Assembly (NCBI GenBank): GCA_015066515.1 | Contig: SVOH01000003.1 | Span: forward strand, 8,535-72,534 | DNA length: 64,000 nucleotides | Direction of reading: 5' to 3' | From: Oscillospiraceae bacterium | GTDB lineage: Bacteria; Bacillota; Clostridia; Oscillospirales; Acutalibacteraceae | In this document: positions 20,901 through 30,206 of the stretch, in pieces | How positions within the stretch are numbered: position 1 is the first letter of the stretch | How the letters are laid out: the number at the start of each line of letters is the position of its first letter | The notes under the pieces: model-generated | Seen by the model: the letters and a program-made list of their open reading frames with translations, nothing else | What the model was told of the DNA's origin: nothing | The model's database searches: none | Made by a program: the position numbers and the translations under genes

Positions 20901-21517
20901 ATATCGGCTTTGGCGGTGTTGACCACGTACTTGCTACCGGCGAAAACGTAAACATTATGGTATTCGATACCGAGGTTTACTCTAACACAGGTGGTCAGGC
21001 ATCTAAGGCATCTAACATCGGTCAGGTTGCTCAGTTCGCAGCTGCTGGTAAGGCTATAAACAAGAAGAGCCTTGCTGAAATCGCAATGAGCTATGGTTAC
21101 GTTTATGTAGCACAAATCGCTATGGGCGCAGACCAGAACCAGACACTCAAGGCTATCAAGGAAGCTGAAGCTTATGACGGTCCTTCAATCATTATTGGTT
21201 ACTCACCATGCGAAATGCACTCTATTAAGGGTGGTATGGTTAACTGCCAGGCAGAAATGAAGAAGGCTGTAGATTGCGGTTATTGGGATCTCTTCCGTTA
21301 TAACCCAGCACTCAAGGCTGAAGGTAAGAATCCATTCTCACTCGACAGCAAGCCGGCTACAACCGACTATAAGGAATTCATCCTTAACGAAGCTCGTTAT
21401 TCTTCACTTACACGTTCATTCCCAGAGCGTGCAAATGAGCTCTTTGATAAGGCTGCTGACGCTGCAAAGGCACGTCGTGCTCACCTTGAAAAGCTTGTTG
21501 AGCTTTACGGTAAATAA
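17975..21517 (+). CDS. nifJ: pyruvate:ferredoxin (flavodoxin) oxidoreductase
   Basis: 1180 aa. Two ferredoxin motifs (CIGCNKCAFVCP, CMGCGVCVGVCP) and TPP-binding motif GGDGWAYDIG. Confidence 0.95.
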   Translation: MARKFKTMDGNNAAAHVSYAFTEVAGIYPITPSSPMADYVDQWSAQGLKNIFGTKVNVVEMQSEAGAAGTVHGSLAAGALTTTFTASQGLLLMIPNMYKIAGELLPSVFHVSARCVASHALNIFGDHSDVYACRQTGFAMLAESNPQEVMDLGAVAHLASIKGRVPFINFFDGFRTSHELQKIQVWDFDDLKEMCDMDAVDAFRKRALNPERPVMRGSHQNDDIFFQNREACNKYYEALPAIVEEYMDKVNAKIGTDYKLFNYYGAPDAERVIIAMGSFCDVAEEVIDYMMAAGEKVGLIKVRLYRPFAADKFVEAIPVTCKKIAVLDRTKEPGSLGEPLYMDVVSALAQTGRKIDTVIGGRYGLGSKDTPPSSVFAVYKELAADAPRHNFTIGIVDDVTNLSLQEEAAPNTAAEGTIECKFWGLGGDGTVGANKDSIKIIGDHTDKYVQAYFQYDSKKTGGITISHLRFGDKPIKSPYYINKADFVACHNPSYVIKGYKMVNDVKPGGVFLINCQWTPEELNEHMPAEAKRYIANNNVQLYTVNAIDMAAEIGLGKRTNTVLQSAFFALSEVLPREEAIGYMKEKAQKFMKKGKEIVEMNEKAIDAGANAYVKIDVPADWANATDDNAAAASVGADKLVKMVDNIMKPVGLMNGYDLPVSAFTDHADGTFEQGASAYEKRGVAVMVPEWNNETCIGCNKCAFVCPHATIRPFALSADEKAAAPADIKIAVKEKLVTNKGYSYALTISPLDCMGCGVCVGVCPTSSLKMVSQESQLSEQASFDYCVANVTEKEGIASSANLISSQFKKPLLEFSGSCAGCAETAYARLITQLFGDRMYISNATGCSSIWGGPAATSPYTTDANGHGPAWANSLFEDNAEHGFGMYLGQKAIRNRLIDDVKAIVDACKAPENVVAAANAYLDTLNDGDKNAAASKALVEALEGFDCDCDMKKDILANQEYLSKKSVWIFGGDGWAYDIGFGGVDHVLATGENVNIMVFDTEVYSNTGGQASKASNIGQVAQFAAAGKAINKKSLAEIAMSYGYVYVAQIAMGADQNQTLKAIKEAEAYDGPSIIIGYSPCEMHSIKGGMVNCQAEMKKAVDCGYWDLFRYNPALKAEGKNPFSLDSKPATTDYKEFILNEARYSSLTRSFPERANELFDKAADAAKARRAHLEKLVELYGK

Positions 21518-21542
21518 TTAAGATTTAAAAATCTTAAAATAG

Positions 21543-21575
21543 AAAAACCCACCGAGAAATCGGTGGGTTCTTTTG
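21543..21575 (+). terminator. intrinsic terminator after nifJ
   Basis: Stem AACCCACCGA-GAAA-TCGGTGGGTT followed by a T-run. Confidence 0.85.
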
Positions 21576-21627
21576 TTATGTTTATAATAAAACAAAACTT
21601 AAGATATGAAAATATCGTAGGTGTTAT

Positions 21628-22146
21628 TTATTGTTCTGTGTTTAATAGTAATTCGATTTTTTCTTTTGAAAGAGTGTCATTTTTGTCTGCGGTATAAAAG
21701 TCATAAGAAACATCGGACACTTGACTGTCGCCACACATTTGCTTTGTGGCGATGCTTCCGTCATTCATAAGATAAAGAAAATATTTTGATCCGCTTTGTG
21801 TAACGACTTCAAAGCTATAATTTGTCTTATCTTTAAGTAGTTGTTGCTCAAGTGCTTTTTTTGTGGTGTTGGAGTGACTGTAGGTATAGTTTTGTAAAAA
21901 TGCCATATCACTTGTATTGCTAATTATGGGTGAACCAACAGTGCAACTGCTTGAGACAATTTTAATACCGCCGATATTATTTAGGTCGTCACTTGCGGTT
22001 ATTGCAAGTAGCAGTGTTCTTTTGCTTTCAGCAGTTGTGGGAGTAGATGATGTTGTAGGAGTTTTGTCACTTGATTTACAAGAACAAAAAGTAAATATAA
22101 TTATAATGAGAAATAAAACTGTAAAAATTTTGGTTAACTTTTTCAT
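21628..22146 (-). CDS. probable secreted protein or lipoprotein, function unknown
   Basis: Signal peptide MKKLTKIFTVLFLIIIIFTFCSC followed by an S/T/P-rich linker. RBS is AAGGAGG. Confidence 0.65.
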   Translation of the reverse strand: MKKLTKIFTVLFLIIIIFTFCSCKSSDKTPTTSSTPTTAESKRTLLLAITASDDLNNIGGIKIVSSSCTVGSPIISNTSDMAFLQNYTYSHSNTTKKALEQQLLKDKTNYSFEVVTQSGSKYFLYLMNDGSIATKQMCGDSQVSDVSYDFYTADKNDTLSKEKIELLLNTEQ

Positions 22147-22275
22147 TTAATCAACCTCCTTGTATTTATTATAGTAAATGTTTATTTTGTTATCAATTTG
22201 TAAAATATAAAAATTTTTTGATTGTTATTTGTATAATACGACAATATTATAATATACAATATTTAATATTTATTC

Positions 22276-22305
22276 TTGACAAGCCATATATATAAATAGT
22301 AAAAT
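22276..22305 (+). promoter_or_regulatory. candidate promoter of rnj
   Basis: TTGACA (22276-22281), 18-nt spacer, TAAAAT (22300-22305). It would leave a ~115-nt leader. Confidence 0.4.
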
Positions 22306-22420
22306 AATATGGATATTATCTTGGGGTATTATCACTTGTAAAAAGACCTTTATTCTGTGTCGGTAGGATGCAGATTTGTATATTACATAGTTTTAATAGA
22401 TTGGAGGAAAATTAAATTTA

Positions 22421-24325
22421 ATGAACGAAACAAAAAATAAATCGCAAAAAGGTAAAAAGCCAAATAATAAAAAGCAAAGTACATCAAGTGCTAAAAAAGC
22501 AGTTCAAAATGTTGTGAGCGGCGGTAAAACATCAACTACAAAACAATCAAATCCTAAGTCTAATAAAGGTAAGGCTGTAAAAAATACTCAACCACAAAAT
22601 AAAAACATTTCAAAAAAGAAACCCGCAACAACGTATAAAAAGCGTAACAATGCGTCAATTACACCTGCAAAACCGGTAAAGATTATTCCGTTGGGTGGTC
22701 TCGGAGAGGTAGGTAAAAACATTACTCTTTATGAGTATGACGGAGATATGCTGATTGTCGATTGCGGTATGACCTTCCCTGATGAAGATACACCGGGTGT
22801 TGACAGTGTTATTCCCGATTTTACCTATGTGCTAGAAAATAAGGACAAAATTAAAGGTCTTGTTGTAACTCACGGTCACGAGGACCATATCGGTGCAATT
22901 CCTTATCTTTTAAAGCAGCTTAACGTACCAATTTATGCTACAAGACTTACAATAGGTCTTATTGCGGGCAAGCTTAAAGAGCATAAGCTTTTGGGCGACG
23001 CAAAGCTTAACGAGATTGCTGACGGCAAAACTATAAATTTAGGAAAATTCAGTGTTGAATTTATTCACGTAAATCACTCTATACCGGATGCCGTTGCATT
23101 TGCTATAAGCTGTGGTGCCGGTACAGTTGTGCATATGGGCGATTTTAAGATAGATACAACACCGATTGATGATAAGGTTATAGATTTGGCGCGTTTTGCC
23201 GAACTTGGTAAATCGGGCGTGCTTGCAATGCTGTCGGATTCTACCAATGCCGAAAGGCCGGGATATACCTCTTCGGAAAGAATTGTTGGTGAATCACTTT
23301 CAAATCTTTTCAAAAAAGCCGAAGGACATCGAATAGTTGTTGCAACGTTTTCTTCAAATATACATCGTATACAGCAGATTATAGACGAGGCCGCTCGCTG
23401 TAAGCGTAAGGTTGCAGTATCTGGCAGAAGTATGATAAATGTTGTAAACGTTGCGGCAGAGCTAGGATATTTGAAACTTCCCAGCGGTATACTTGTTGAG
23501 ATTGAAACCATAAAGAATTATTCACCAAGTGAATTGGTAGTAATTACAACCGGCAGTCAGGGTGAGCCTATGTCGGCGCTGACACGCATGGCTACAAATG
23601 AGCACCGTCAGGTAGAGATAGCCCCTGGTGATATGATAATTATTTCGGCAACACCGATTCCGGGTAACGAAAAACTTGTAAGCCGTGTTGTGAATGAGCT
23701 TATGAAGCGTGGTGCAAACGTGGTTTACGAGAAAATGTACGATGTTCACGTATCTGGACACGCTTGTCAAGAGGAACAAAAGTTGATGATGAGTGTTGTA
23801 AATCCAAGGTATTTTATTCCTATTCACGGTGAGCAAAAGCATCTTTATAAACACGCTCAGCTTGCATATGCTATGGGTATCGATTATAAAAACGTTATCA
23901 TAGGTGCTAACGGCAATGTCTTTGAATTGTCAAGCGCAGGTATTAAATGCACCGAAACGGTAACTGCTGGCAGAGTACTTGTTGACGGTCTTGGCGTAGG
24001 TGACGTTGGTAGTATTGTGCTTCGTGACCGTAAGCATTTGTCTGAAGATGGTATAATTGTGGTAACTGTAGCGATTGACAGCTTTACACGTGAGGTCGTG
24101 TCAGGCCCCGATATAGTTTCGCGCGGATTTGTTTACGTAAAAGAATCTGATGAGCTTATGGAAGCACTTGAAAATGTTGTTTGCACCGCACTTGAAAATT
24201 GCTACGTTTTGGGTGTTAAGGATTGGAACACTATTAAGACGCGTATTAAAGACAGTGTTGCAAAATTCTTATACAACAAGACACATCGCAGTCCTATGGT
24301 GTTGCCTGTAATTATGGAAGTATAA
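22421..24325 (+). CDS. rnj: ribonuclease J with an ~85-aa Lys-rich N-terminal extension
   Basis: Metallo-beta-lactamase motif VVTHGHEDHIG and beta-CASP/RNase J blocks (HVSGHACQEE). Confidence 0.9.
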   Translation: MNETKNKSQKGKKPNNKKQSTSSAKKAVQNVVSGGKTSTTKQSNPKSNKGKAVKNTQPQNKNISKKKPATTYKKRNNASITPAKPVKIIPLGGLGEVGKNITLYEYDGDMLIVDCGMTFPDEDTPGVDSVIPDFTYVLENKDKIKGLVVTHGHEDHIGAIPYLLKQLNVPIYATRLTIGLIAGKLKEHKLLGDAKLNEIADGKTINLGKFSVEFIHVNHSIPDAVAFAISCGAGTVVHMGDFKIDTTPIDDKVIDLARFAELGKSGVLAMLSDSTNAERPGYTSSERIVGESLSNLFKKAEGHRIVVATFSSNIHRIQQIIDEAARCKRKVAVSGRSMINVVNVAAELGYLKLPSGILVEIETIKNYSPSELVVITTGSQGEPMSALTRMATNEHRQVEIAPGDMIIISATPIPGNEKLVSRVVNELMKRGANVVYEKMYDVHVSGHACQEEQKLMMSVVNPRYFIPIHGEQKHLYKHAQLAYAMGIDYKNVIIGANGNVFELSSAGIKCTETVTAGRVLVDGLGVGDVGSIVLRDRKHLSEDGIIVVTVAIDSFTREVVSGPDIVSRGFVYVKESDELMEALENVVCTALENCYVLGVKDWNTIKTRIKDSVAKFLYNKTHRSPMVLPVIMEV

Positions 24326-24390
24326 GAATTTTAGGAAAAGCTGCTGTGTGCAAACTGAATTTAGATTGATTTGGAAAGGAAGTTTTATAT

Positions 24391-24831
24391 ATGAAGGTTA
24401 TTTTATTACAGGACATAAAGGGTAAGGGTAAAAAAGGCGAGCTTTGCAATGTATCTGACGGATATGCTCGCAACTTCTTATTTCCCAAAAATTTGGCAAT
24501 AGAGGCTGACTCTGCTGCAATGAGCGAACTTAAAAGTCGTGAGGCAGCGGCAGCTCACCACAAGCAAGAAGAAATTGATGCCGCAAATGCAACCGCTTCA
24601 AAGCTGGAGGGTAAATCTGTTACTATAAAAGCAAAAGCGGGCTCAAATGGCCGACTTTTTGGTAGTGTTACCTCAAAAGAAATCGCTGAGCAGATAGCTA
24701 AAGAACTTGGTATTACAGTTGACCGTAAAAAAATGAATGTTGCTGACATTAAAAACTTTGGTGAATATACTGCAGAAATTAAGCTTTATGTTGGCATTAC
24801 AGCAAAAATTACAGTAAAAGTAACGGAGTAA
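24391..24831 (+). CDS. rplI: 50S ribosomal protein L9
   Basis: [36 protein letters not shown]; 146 aa. Confidence 0.95.
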   Translation: MKVILLQDIKGKGKKGELCNVSDGYARNFLFPKNLAIEADSAAMSELKSREAAAAHHKQEEIDAANATASKLEGKSVTIKAKAGSNGRLFGSVTSKEIAEQIAKELGITVDRKKMNVADIKNFGEYTAEIKLYVGITAKITVKVTE

Positions 24832-24838
24832 TGTTGTT

Positions 24839-26209
24839 ATGAGCGAAAACAACCTTATTTATGATATTGATGGTGCAAGATTGCCGTATTCAATAAGTGC
24901 TGAGCAGGCGGTTTTGGGCGCAATGATTATTGACCCAAACTGTATAGACGAGGTAGCGGTTTGTGTTAAGGCTGATTATTTTTACCTTAAGCAGCACAAA
25001 CAGATTTTTGAAGCCATTTCTTCTATGTATCAGTTCAGTCAGGCAATTGATTTTATATCGCTTCTTGCACGACTTAAAAAAGACGGCGTTTATGATGAGG
25101 CATCGGGTAAAGAGTATTTGACACAGCTTGTTCAAAAGGTTCCTTCATCGGCAAATGTAATGACCTATGTTGGTATTGTGCGCGAGCATTATTATCAGCG
25201 TGCATTGGCGGGTGCCGCTCAGGATATACTTAAGGATATAAGTGAAAACTCTATGGACTCCGGCAAAATGCTGGATGCTGCCGAGCAACGTATTTATGAA
25301 ATTCGTGATGGTAGAGAAATTGGTGGTCTTACACATATTAAGGATGTAATTATAACGGAAACCTACGACCGCCTTACTAAAATAAATGATCCTGAAACAC
25401 GAAATGATTACATAGGTATACCTTCGGGAATAGGTGCGCTAGATAAAATGATTACAGGCCTTAACAAGTCTGACCTTATCATTTTGGGTGCGCGTCCCGG
25501 TATGGGTAAAACCTCTTTTGCACTCAATATTGCACGAAATGTTGCTGTTACAGCCGGTAAAACGGTATGTTTTTTCTCGCTTGAAATGTCGCGTGACCAG
25601 TTAGCACAGCGTATGCTTTCCAGCGAAGCTGCAATAAGCAGTGAAAAGTTGCGTACAGGCGAGTTGCAGCCGGAAGAGTGGACAAGACTTATGCAGGCGG
25701 GTGAGTGCCTTTCAAAAGCTGAGCTATATTTCGACGAAAGTTCAAATATAACCGTTCCCGAAATGATGGCAAAGTTGCGTCGTATGAAAAAATGCGACCT
25801 TGTTGTTATTGACTACCTTGGTCTTATGCATTCGGCAAGAAAGACCGACAACCGAGTTCAAGAGGTTTCGGAAATTACACGCAGTCTTAAAATTATGGCA
25901 AAAGAGCTTAAGGTTCCGGTAATTGCGTGTGCACAGTTGTCGCGTGGTACTGAAACAAAAGGTAAGTCGCACAAGCCGGCTCTTGCTGATTTGCGTGATT
26001 CGGGTTCTATTGAGCAGGACGCAGATATAGTATTGTTCCTTTATCGTGAAGCCTACTATGACGGCGAAAAAAATACCGATGAGGATAAAAGTGACACCAC
26101 AAAATCAGAGTGTATTGTTGCTAAAAACCGTCACGGTAGTGTAGGTTCTGTACCGCTTCACTGGGATGGTGACCATACAAGATTTACATCGGTGGATGTG
26201 TTTAGATAA
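24839..26209 (+). CDS. dnaB: replicative DNA helicase
   Basis: Walker A motif GARPGMGKTSFAL and the C-terminal motif NRHGSVG. Position after rplI is conserved. Confidence 0.95.
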   Translation: MSENNLIYDIDGARLPYSISAEQAVLGAMIIDPNCIDEVAVCVKADYFYLKQHKQIFEAISSMYQFSQAIDFISLLARLKKDGVYDEASGKEYLTQLVQKVPSSANVMTYVGIVREHYYQRALAGAAQDILKDISENSMDSGKMLDAAEQRIYEIRDGREIGGLTHIKDVIITETYDRLTKINDPETRNDYIGIPSGIGALDKMITGLNKSDLIILGARPGMGKTSFALNIARNVAVTAGKTVCFFSLEMSRDQLAQRMLSSEAAISSEKLRTGELQPEEWTRLMQAGECLSKAELYFDESSNITVPEMMAKLRRMKKCDLVVIDYLGLMHSARKTDNRVQEVSEITRSLKIMAKELKVPVIACAQLSRGTETKGKSHKPALADLRDSGSIEQDADIVLFLYREAYYDGEKNTDEDKSDTTKSECIVAKNRHGSVGSVPLHWDGDHTRFTSVDVFR

Positions 26210-27510
26210 TGCTTAAAAAAGTAGTTGAGGCAGTAAAGGGCTTTGATATGCCTACAAATGATAAGCATATCACGGTAGCTCTTTCGGGCGGTGCTGATTC
26301 GATGGCGTTGCTTGAAGTACTGCTTACATTAAAGGAAGAACTTAACATAAAAAAAATAAGTGCTGCGCACTTTAATCATCAAATTCGTGGAGCCGAAGCA
26401 CTTCGCGATCAAAACTTTGTGGAAGATTATTGCAAGCAAAGGAATGTAGATTGCTTTGTTGGTAGTGCCGATGTTTTAGGGTATGCAAAGCAAAACGGTC
26501 TTAGTACAGAGCTTGCCGCAAGAAAATTGCGTTACGCTTTTTTTGACTCTCTTGATACCGACCTTATTGCCACGGCACATACAGCAAGCGACAATATAGA
26601 AACAGTGCTTTTTAATCTTACGCGTGGCACGGCACTATCGGGGCTTTGCGGTATTCCCCCTGTGCGTGATAGATATATACGACCAATTATTCTTTGTACG
26701 CGTGAGGATATTGAGAACTATTGCAAGCAAAAATCGATAGCTTTTGTAACCGATAGCACAAATTTATGCGATGACTACACCCGCAACAAAATACGTCACA
26801 ATGTAGTACCAATACTAAAAGATGTGAATTCTTCGGCAGAAAATGCTGTGTCGCGAATGGGCGCATCACTGCGTGAGGATGAGAATTTTATTGGTGGTAT
26901 TGCAAGGCAAAAATATGGTGAGTTGCTTCGTGAAAACGGACTTGCGATTGATGGCTTTGAGGCGCTTCATTCTGCTGTTGCTAAAAGAATTATTGCATAC
27001 TTTTGTAATGACTCAGGGCTAGAGATTGACAGTTTTCATATAAATGCGGTATATGATATTTGTTTGCGTGGAGGCAAAATGAGCTTACCGCTTAATAAAT
27101 CGGCGGTTATTTGTGACGGCGTTTTAATGATTGTTGACAACAATGTCCAACCTAAAAATATTGAGTTTTTAGTTGATGTAATTAAAACTGATAACGATTT
27201 ATTTAAAAAAGATGAAAAAGTTCATAATTTGTTTTTAAAAAATATATTGGACTATGATAAAATAGTAGGCGAGCTGGTTTTAAGAAAAAGACAATCGGGC
27301 GACAGTATAAGACTTAAAAATAAAAATGGTACCAAAACGCTAAAAAAACTTTTTTGCGAATACAAAATACCACACAATGAGCGCGAGAATTTACCCGTTC
27401 TTTGTGATGAAAGTGGAATTGTATGGGTGTATAAAATTGGCGTAGCCGAGCGTTGTGCCGCAGATGAAAATAGTACGAGCATATATAAAATAAATGTCAA
27501 GAAACTTTAA
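26209..27510 (+). CDS. tilS: tRNA(Ile)-lysidine synthase
   Basis: PP-loop motif ALSGGADSMAL. TAATG overlap with dnaB. Followed by hpt-ftsH as in many Firmicutes. Confidence 0.9.
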   Translation: MLKKVVEAVKGFDMPTNDKHITVALSGGADSMALLEVLLTLKEELNIKKISAAHFNHQIRGAEALRDQNFVEDYCKQRNVDCFVGSADVLGYAKQNGLSTELAARKLRYAFFDSLDTDLIATAHTASDNIETVLFNLTRGTALSGLCGIPPVRDRYIRPIILCTREDIENYCKQKSIAFVTDSTNLCDDYTRNKIRHNVVPILKDVNSSAENAVSRMGASLREDENFIGGIARQKYGELLRENGLAIDGFEALHSAVAKRIIAYFCNDSGLEIDSFHINAVYDICLRGGKMSLPLNKSAVICDGVLMIVDNNVQPKNIEFLVDVIKTDNDLFKKDEKVHNLFLKNILDYDKIVGELVLRKRQSGDSIRLKNKNGTKTLKKLFCEYKIPHNERENLPVLCDESGIVWVYKIGVAERCAADENSTSIYKINVKKL

Positions 27511-27522
27511 GGGGATAAAGAT

Positions 27523-28065
27523 ATGGAGAAAGATGTAAAAAGCATTTTGATATCTGAAGAAGAAATTAAACAAATCTGTAAAAGACTTGGCGAGCAGATA
27601 ACACGCGATTACGAGGGTAAAAATTTGTTGGTTGTAAGCGTGTTAAAAGGTAGCATAATGTTTATGGCTGACTTGCTTCGCGAAATTAAGTGCCTTTGCC
27701 AGATAGATTTCTTATCGGTATCATCGTATAGCGGTACAAAAACCACCGGCGTTGTAAAATTTAAAAAAGACCTTGATATAGATCCCGACGGTATGGACAT
27801 ACTTATAGTTGAGGATATTTTGGATTCGGGTGTTACATTGTCGTATCTTAGCGGTGTGCTTATGGGTCGAAATGCAAATAGCATTAAAATTTGTACCCTG
27901 CTTGACAAACCTGCAAACCGCAGAGCTGATATCAAGGCTGATTATGTTGGTAAGGTTATCCCCGATGAGTTCGTTATAGGCTATGGCCTTGATTACGATG
28001 AAAAATATAGAAATTTACCATACATAGGTATACTTGCTCCTTCGGTTTACGGTGGGGAAGAATAA
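27523..28065 (+). CDS. hpt: hypoxanthine phosphoribosyltransferase
   Basis: PRPP-binding motif LIVEDILDSGVTL; 180 aa. Confidence 0.9.
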   Translation: MEKDVKSILISEEEIKQICKRLGEQITRDYEGKNLLVVSVLKGSIMFMADLLREIKCLCQIDFLSVSSYSGTKTTGVVKFKKDLDIDPDGMDILIVEDILDSGVTLSYLSGVLMGRNANSIKICTLLDKPANRRADIKADYVGKVIPDEFVIGYGLDYDEKYRNLPYIGILAPSVYGGEE

Positions 28066-28094
28066 CGGCAATATTGAAAGGTGAGTAACTTATT

Positions 28095-29939
28095 TTGAAA
28101 AAGAATTTTAAAAGTATATTATTGATTCTAATAATACCAGTGTTGTTGTTTGGTTCATTTTTTGTAGCGTCAAGGGTTGCAAACACAACAGAAAAGGTAA
28201 AGTATTATGAGATTGTAGAACTTATTGAAAACAACAAGGTGTCAGAGTTTAAGTTGAATCTGTATAATGGAGATTTAACCTACAAACTTCGTGAAGACGG
28301 TAAGTCCTATCGTTATAGAGTAGCAGATGCATCGCTTTTCTATTATGATATTGATGAGGCTATTGACACCATAAACCGCGAAAATGCGGGCACTGATAAG
28401 ACAATTAAATACGACTACATCAAGGGTGGACAAAGTTCTTGGCTTGTGGCAATGATACCTAACATATTACTTATTGGTGTTATGATTCTTTTTGCCGTAA
28501 TGTTTATGCGAAAGATGAATTCAACAATGGGCGCCGATAAGACTATGGGCTTTGGTAAGGCCAAGGTTCGTAAGGATGATGGCCGTAAAAAGACCACCTT
28601 TGCAGATGTTGCAGGCGCCGATGAAGAAAAACAGGAAATGGCCGAGATAGTAGACTTTTTAAAGGACCCCAAAAAGTTCAACGAGCTTGGTGCCCGTATT
28701 CCAAAAGGTGTATTGCTTGTTGGCCCTCCAGGTACAGGTAAAACCTTGCTCGCTCGTGCAGTTGCAGGTGAGGCGGGTGTACCGTTTTTCTCGATTTCGG
28801 GCTCTGACTTTGTAGAAATGTATGTAGGTGTGGGTGCGTCACGTGTGCGTGACCTTTTTGGTGAAGCCAAGAAAAACGCTCCTGCAATTATATTTATAGA
28901 CGAAATTGATGCTGTTGGTCGTCAGCGTGGTGCAGGTCTTGGCGGCGGTCACGATGAAAGAGAGCAAACCCTTAACCAAATGCTAGTTGAAATGGACGGC
29001 TTCGGCACTAACGAGGGCGTAATAGTTATGGCGGCAACCAACCGCCCCGATATACTTGATAAAGCGCTTTTGCGTCCCGGCCGTTTCGACCGTCAGATTA
29101 CCGTTAACTATCCTGATGTTAAGGGTAGAGAAGAGATACTAAAGGTTCATTCTCGCGGTAAGCCTTTAGGCCCTGATGTAAATCTTGCTACAATTGCAAA
29201 ATCAACCTCGGGCTTTACGGGTGCTGACCTTGAAAACCTGCTTAACGAAGCAGCACTTCTTGCGGTTCGTCACAATAAAAAGGCTATTACTCAAGAAGAA
29301 ATTGAGGAAGCTACCATTAAGGTTGTAATGGGTACCGAAAAGAAATCTCACAAGGTGAGCGAAAAAGACAAAATGGTAACCTCTTATCACGAGGCAGGTC
29401 ATGCTATTGTATCGTATTTCTTGCCAACGCAAGACCCTGTGCATCAAATCTCGATTATTCCACGCGGTATGGCGGCGGGTTATACAATGTATTTGCCTAC
29501 CGAAGAAAAGGGTCACACCAGTAAAAATCAGATTTTAGAGCAGATTTGTTCACTGCTTGGTGGTCGTGCCGCAGAGCAGCTAACCCAAGATGACGTTTGC
29601 ACCGGCGCTTCAAACGATATTCAGCGCGCTACAGAGCTTGCACGCAAAATGGTTACACGATTTGGTATGAGCGACAAGTTGGGACTTGTAGTTTACGGTG
29701 ACGATAATAACGAGGTATTCTTAGGTCGTGATTTCTCGTCAACACCTAACTACTCTGAAAAGACAGCCGCTACCATTGACGACGAAATTGAAGCAGTTGT
29801 TATGAAGCAGTATGAAAAAGCGCTTGAGCTTCTTAAAGGCGCTATGCCAAAGCTTCACGAGGTTGCAAAGGTACTGTTTGAAAACGAAAAGATTTCGGGC
29901 GACGAATTCCGCACTATAATGGAAGCAAAAGCAGAATAA
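28095..29939 (+). CDS. ftsH: ATP-dependent zinc metalloprotease FtsH
   Basis: Walker A motif [11 protein letters not shown], second region of homology and zinc motif HEAGHA. TTG start with AAAGGTGAG RBS. Confidence 0.95.
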   Translation: MKKNFKSILLILIIPVLLFGSFFVASRVANTTEKVKYYEIVELIENNKVSEFKLNLYNGDLTYKLREDGKSYRYRVADASLFYYDIDEAIDTINRENAGTDKTIKYDYIKGGQSSWLVAMIPNILLIGVMILFAVMFMRKMNSTMGADKTMGFGKAKVRKDDGRKKTTFADVAGADEEKQEMAEIVDFLKDPKKFNELGARIPKGVLLVGPPGTGKTLLARAVAGEAGVPFFSISGSDFVEMYVGVGASRVRDLFGEAKKNAPAIIFIDEIDAVGRQRGAGLGGGHDEREQTLNQMLVEMDGFGTNEGVIVMAATNRPDILDKALLRPGRFDRQITVNYPDVKGREEILKVHSRGKPLGPDVNLATIAKSTSGFTGADLENLLNEAALLAVRHNKKAITQEEIEEATIKVVMGTEKKSHKVSEKDKMVTSYHEAGHAIVSYFLPTQDPVHQISIIPRGMAAGYTMYLPTEEKGHTSKNQILEQICSLLGGRAAEQLTQDDVCTGASNDIQRATELARKMVTRFGMSDKLGLVVYGDDNNEVFLGRDFSSTPNYSEKTAATIDDEIEAVVMKQYEKALELLKGAMPKLHEVAKVLFENEKISGDEFRTIMEAKAE

Positions 29940-29947
29940 AAAGACAC

Positions 29948-29982
29948 AAGGCTTGAGGTTAAACCTCAAGCCTTAATTTTTT
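29948..29982 (+). terminator. intrinsic terminator after ftsH
   Basis: Stem AAGGCTTGAGGTT-AA-ACCTCAAGCCTT followed by a T-run. Confidence 0.85.
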
Positions 29983-29983
29983 A

Positions 29984-30012
29984 TTGATATTTAATTTTAT
30001 TAGTGTTATAAT
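29984..30012 (+). promoter_or_regulatory. strong extended -10 sigma-A promoter
   Basis: TTGATA (29984-29989), 17-nt spacer, TGtTATAAT (30004-30012). Predicted TSS is near 30019. Confidence 0.65.
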
Positions 30013-30018
30013 AAACCC

Positions 30019-30191
30019 ATACCACACAAACTTAATATTGGGAACATATGCGGAGTCGTATTTTTATTTTGGTAAAAATGCAGGCTTCTTATTTGGCGTA
30101 CTCTTGTGTATGTTCCAAAGTTTGTGTGGTAGCAAATCGAGGTCGCATTTTTCGGTGTGTGTGACTTCGGTTGCACACACTTTTTAATTTT
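30019..30191 (+). ncRNA. candidate cis-regulatory leader (attenuator/riboswitch-like) or sRNA of unrecognised class
   Basis: 14-bp perfect helix 30020-30033/30118-31; 8-bp helix 30041-48/30109-16; AU hairpin 30058-66/30073-81; ends in a terminator. The unit lies between a consensus promoter and the SD of the next gene. Confidence 0.5.
30155..30191 (+). terminator. intrinsic terminator inside the leader, 16 nt before the ATG at 30207
   Basis: 11-bp stem GGTGTGTGTGAC / GTTGCACACAC with a UUCG loop, then TTTTTAATTTT. Confidence 0.8.
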
Positions 30192-30206
30192 AAGGGGGAT
30201 ATTAAA

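Noticed and set aside
24147-24173. A hammerhead-like string, CUGAUGA-GCUU-AUGG-AAGC...GAAA.
   Set aside because: It lies inside the rnj coding sequence. The GAAA is separated from stem II by four extra nt, and no stem I/III partners are present.
29984-30187. The 67-aa ORF (and a nested 38-aa ORF from ATG 30048) inside the structured leader, considered as a small hydrophobic type I toxin-like peptide.
   Set aside because: No start codon has a properly spaced SD. The only GGAG (30052-30055) is 13 nt from a TTG. The ORF begins upstream of the predicted TSS, and the hydrophobic stretch is short. I treat the region as non-coding, though Ribo-seq could reopen this.
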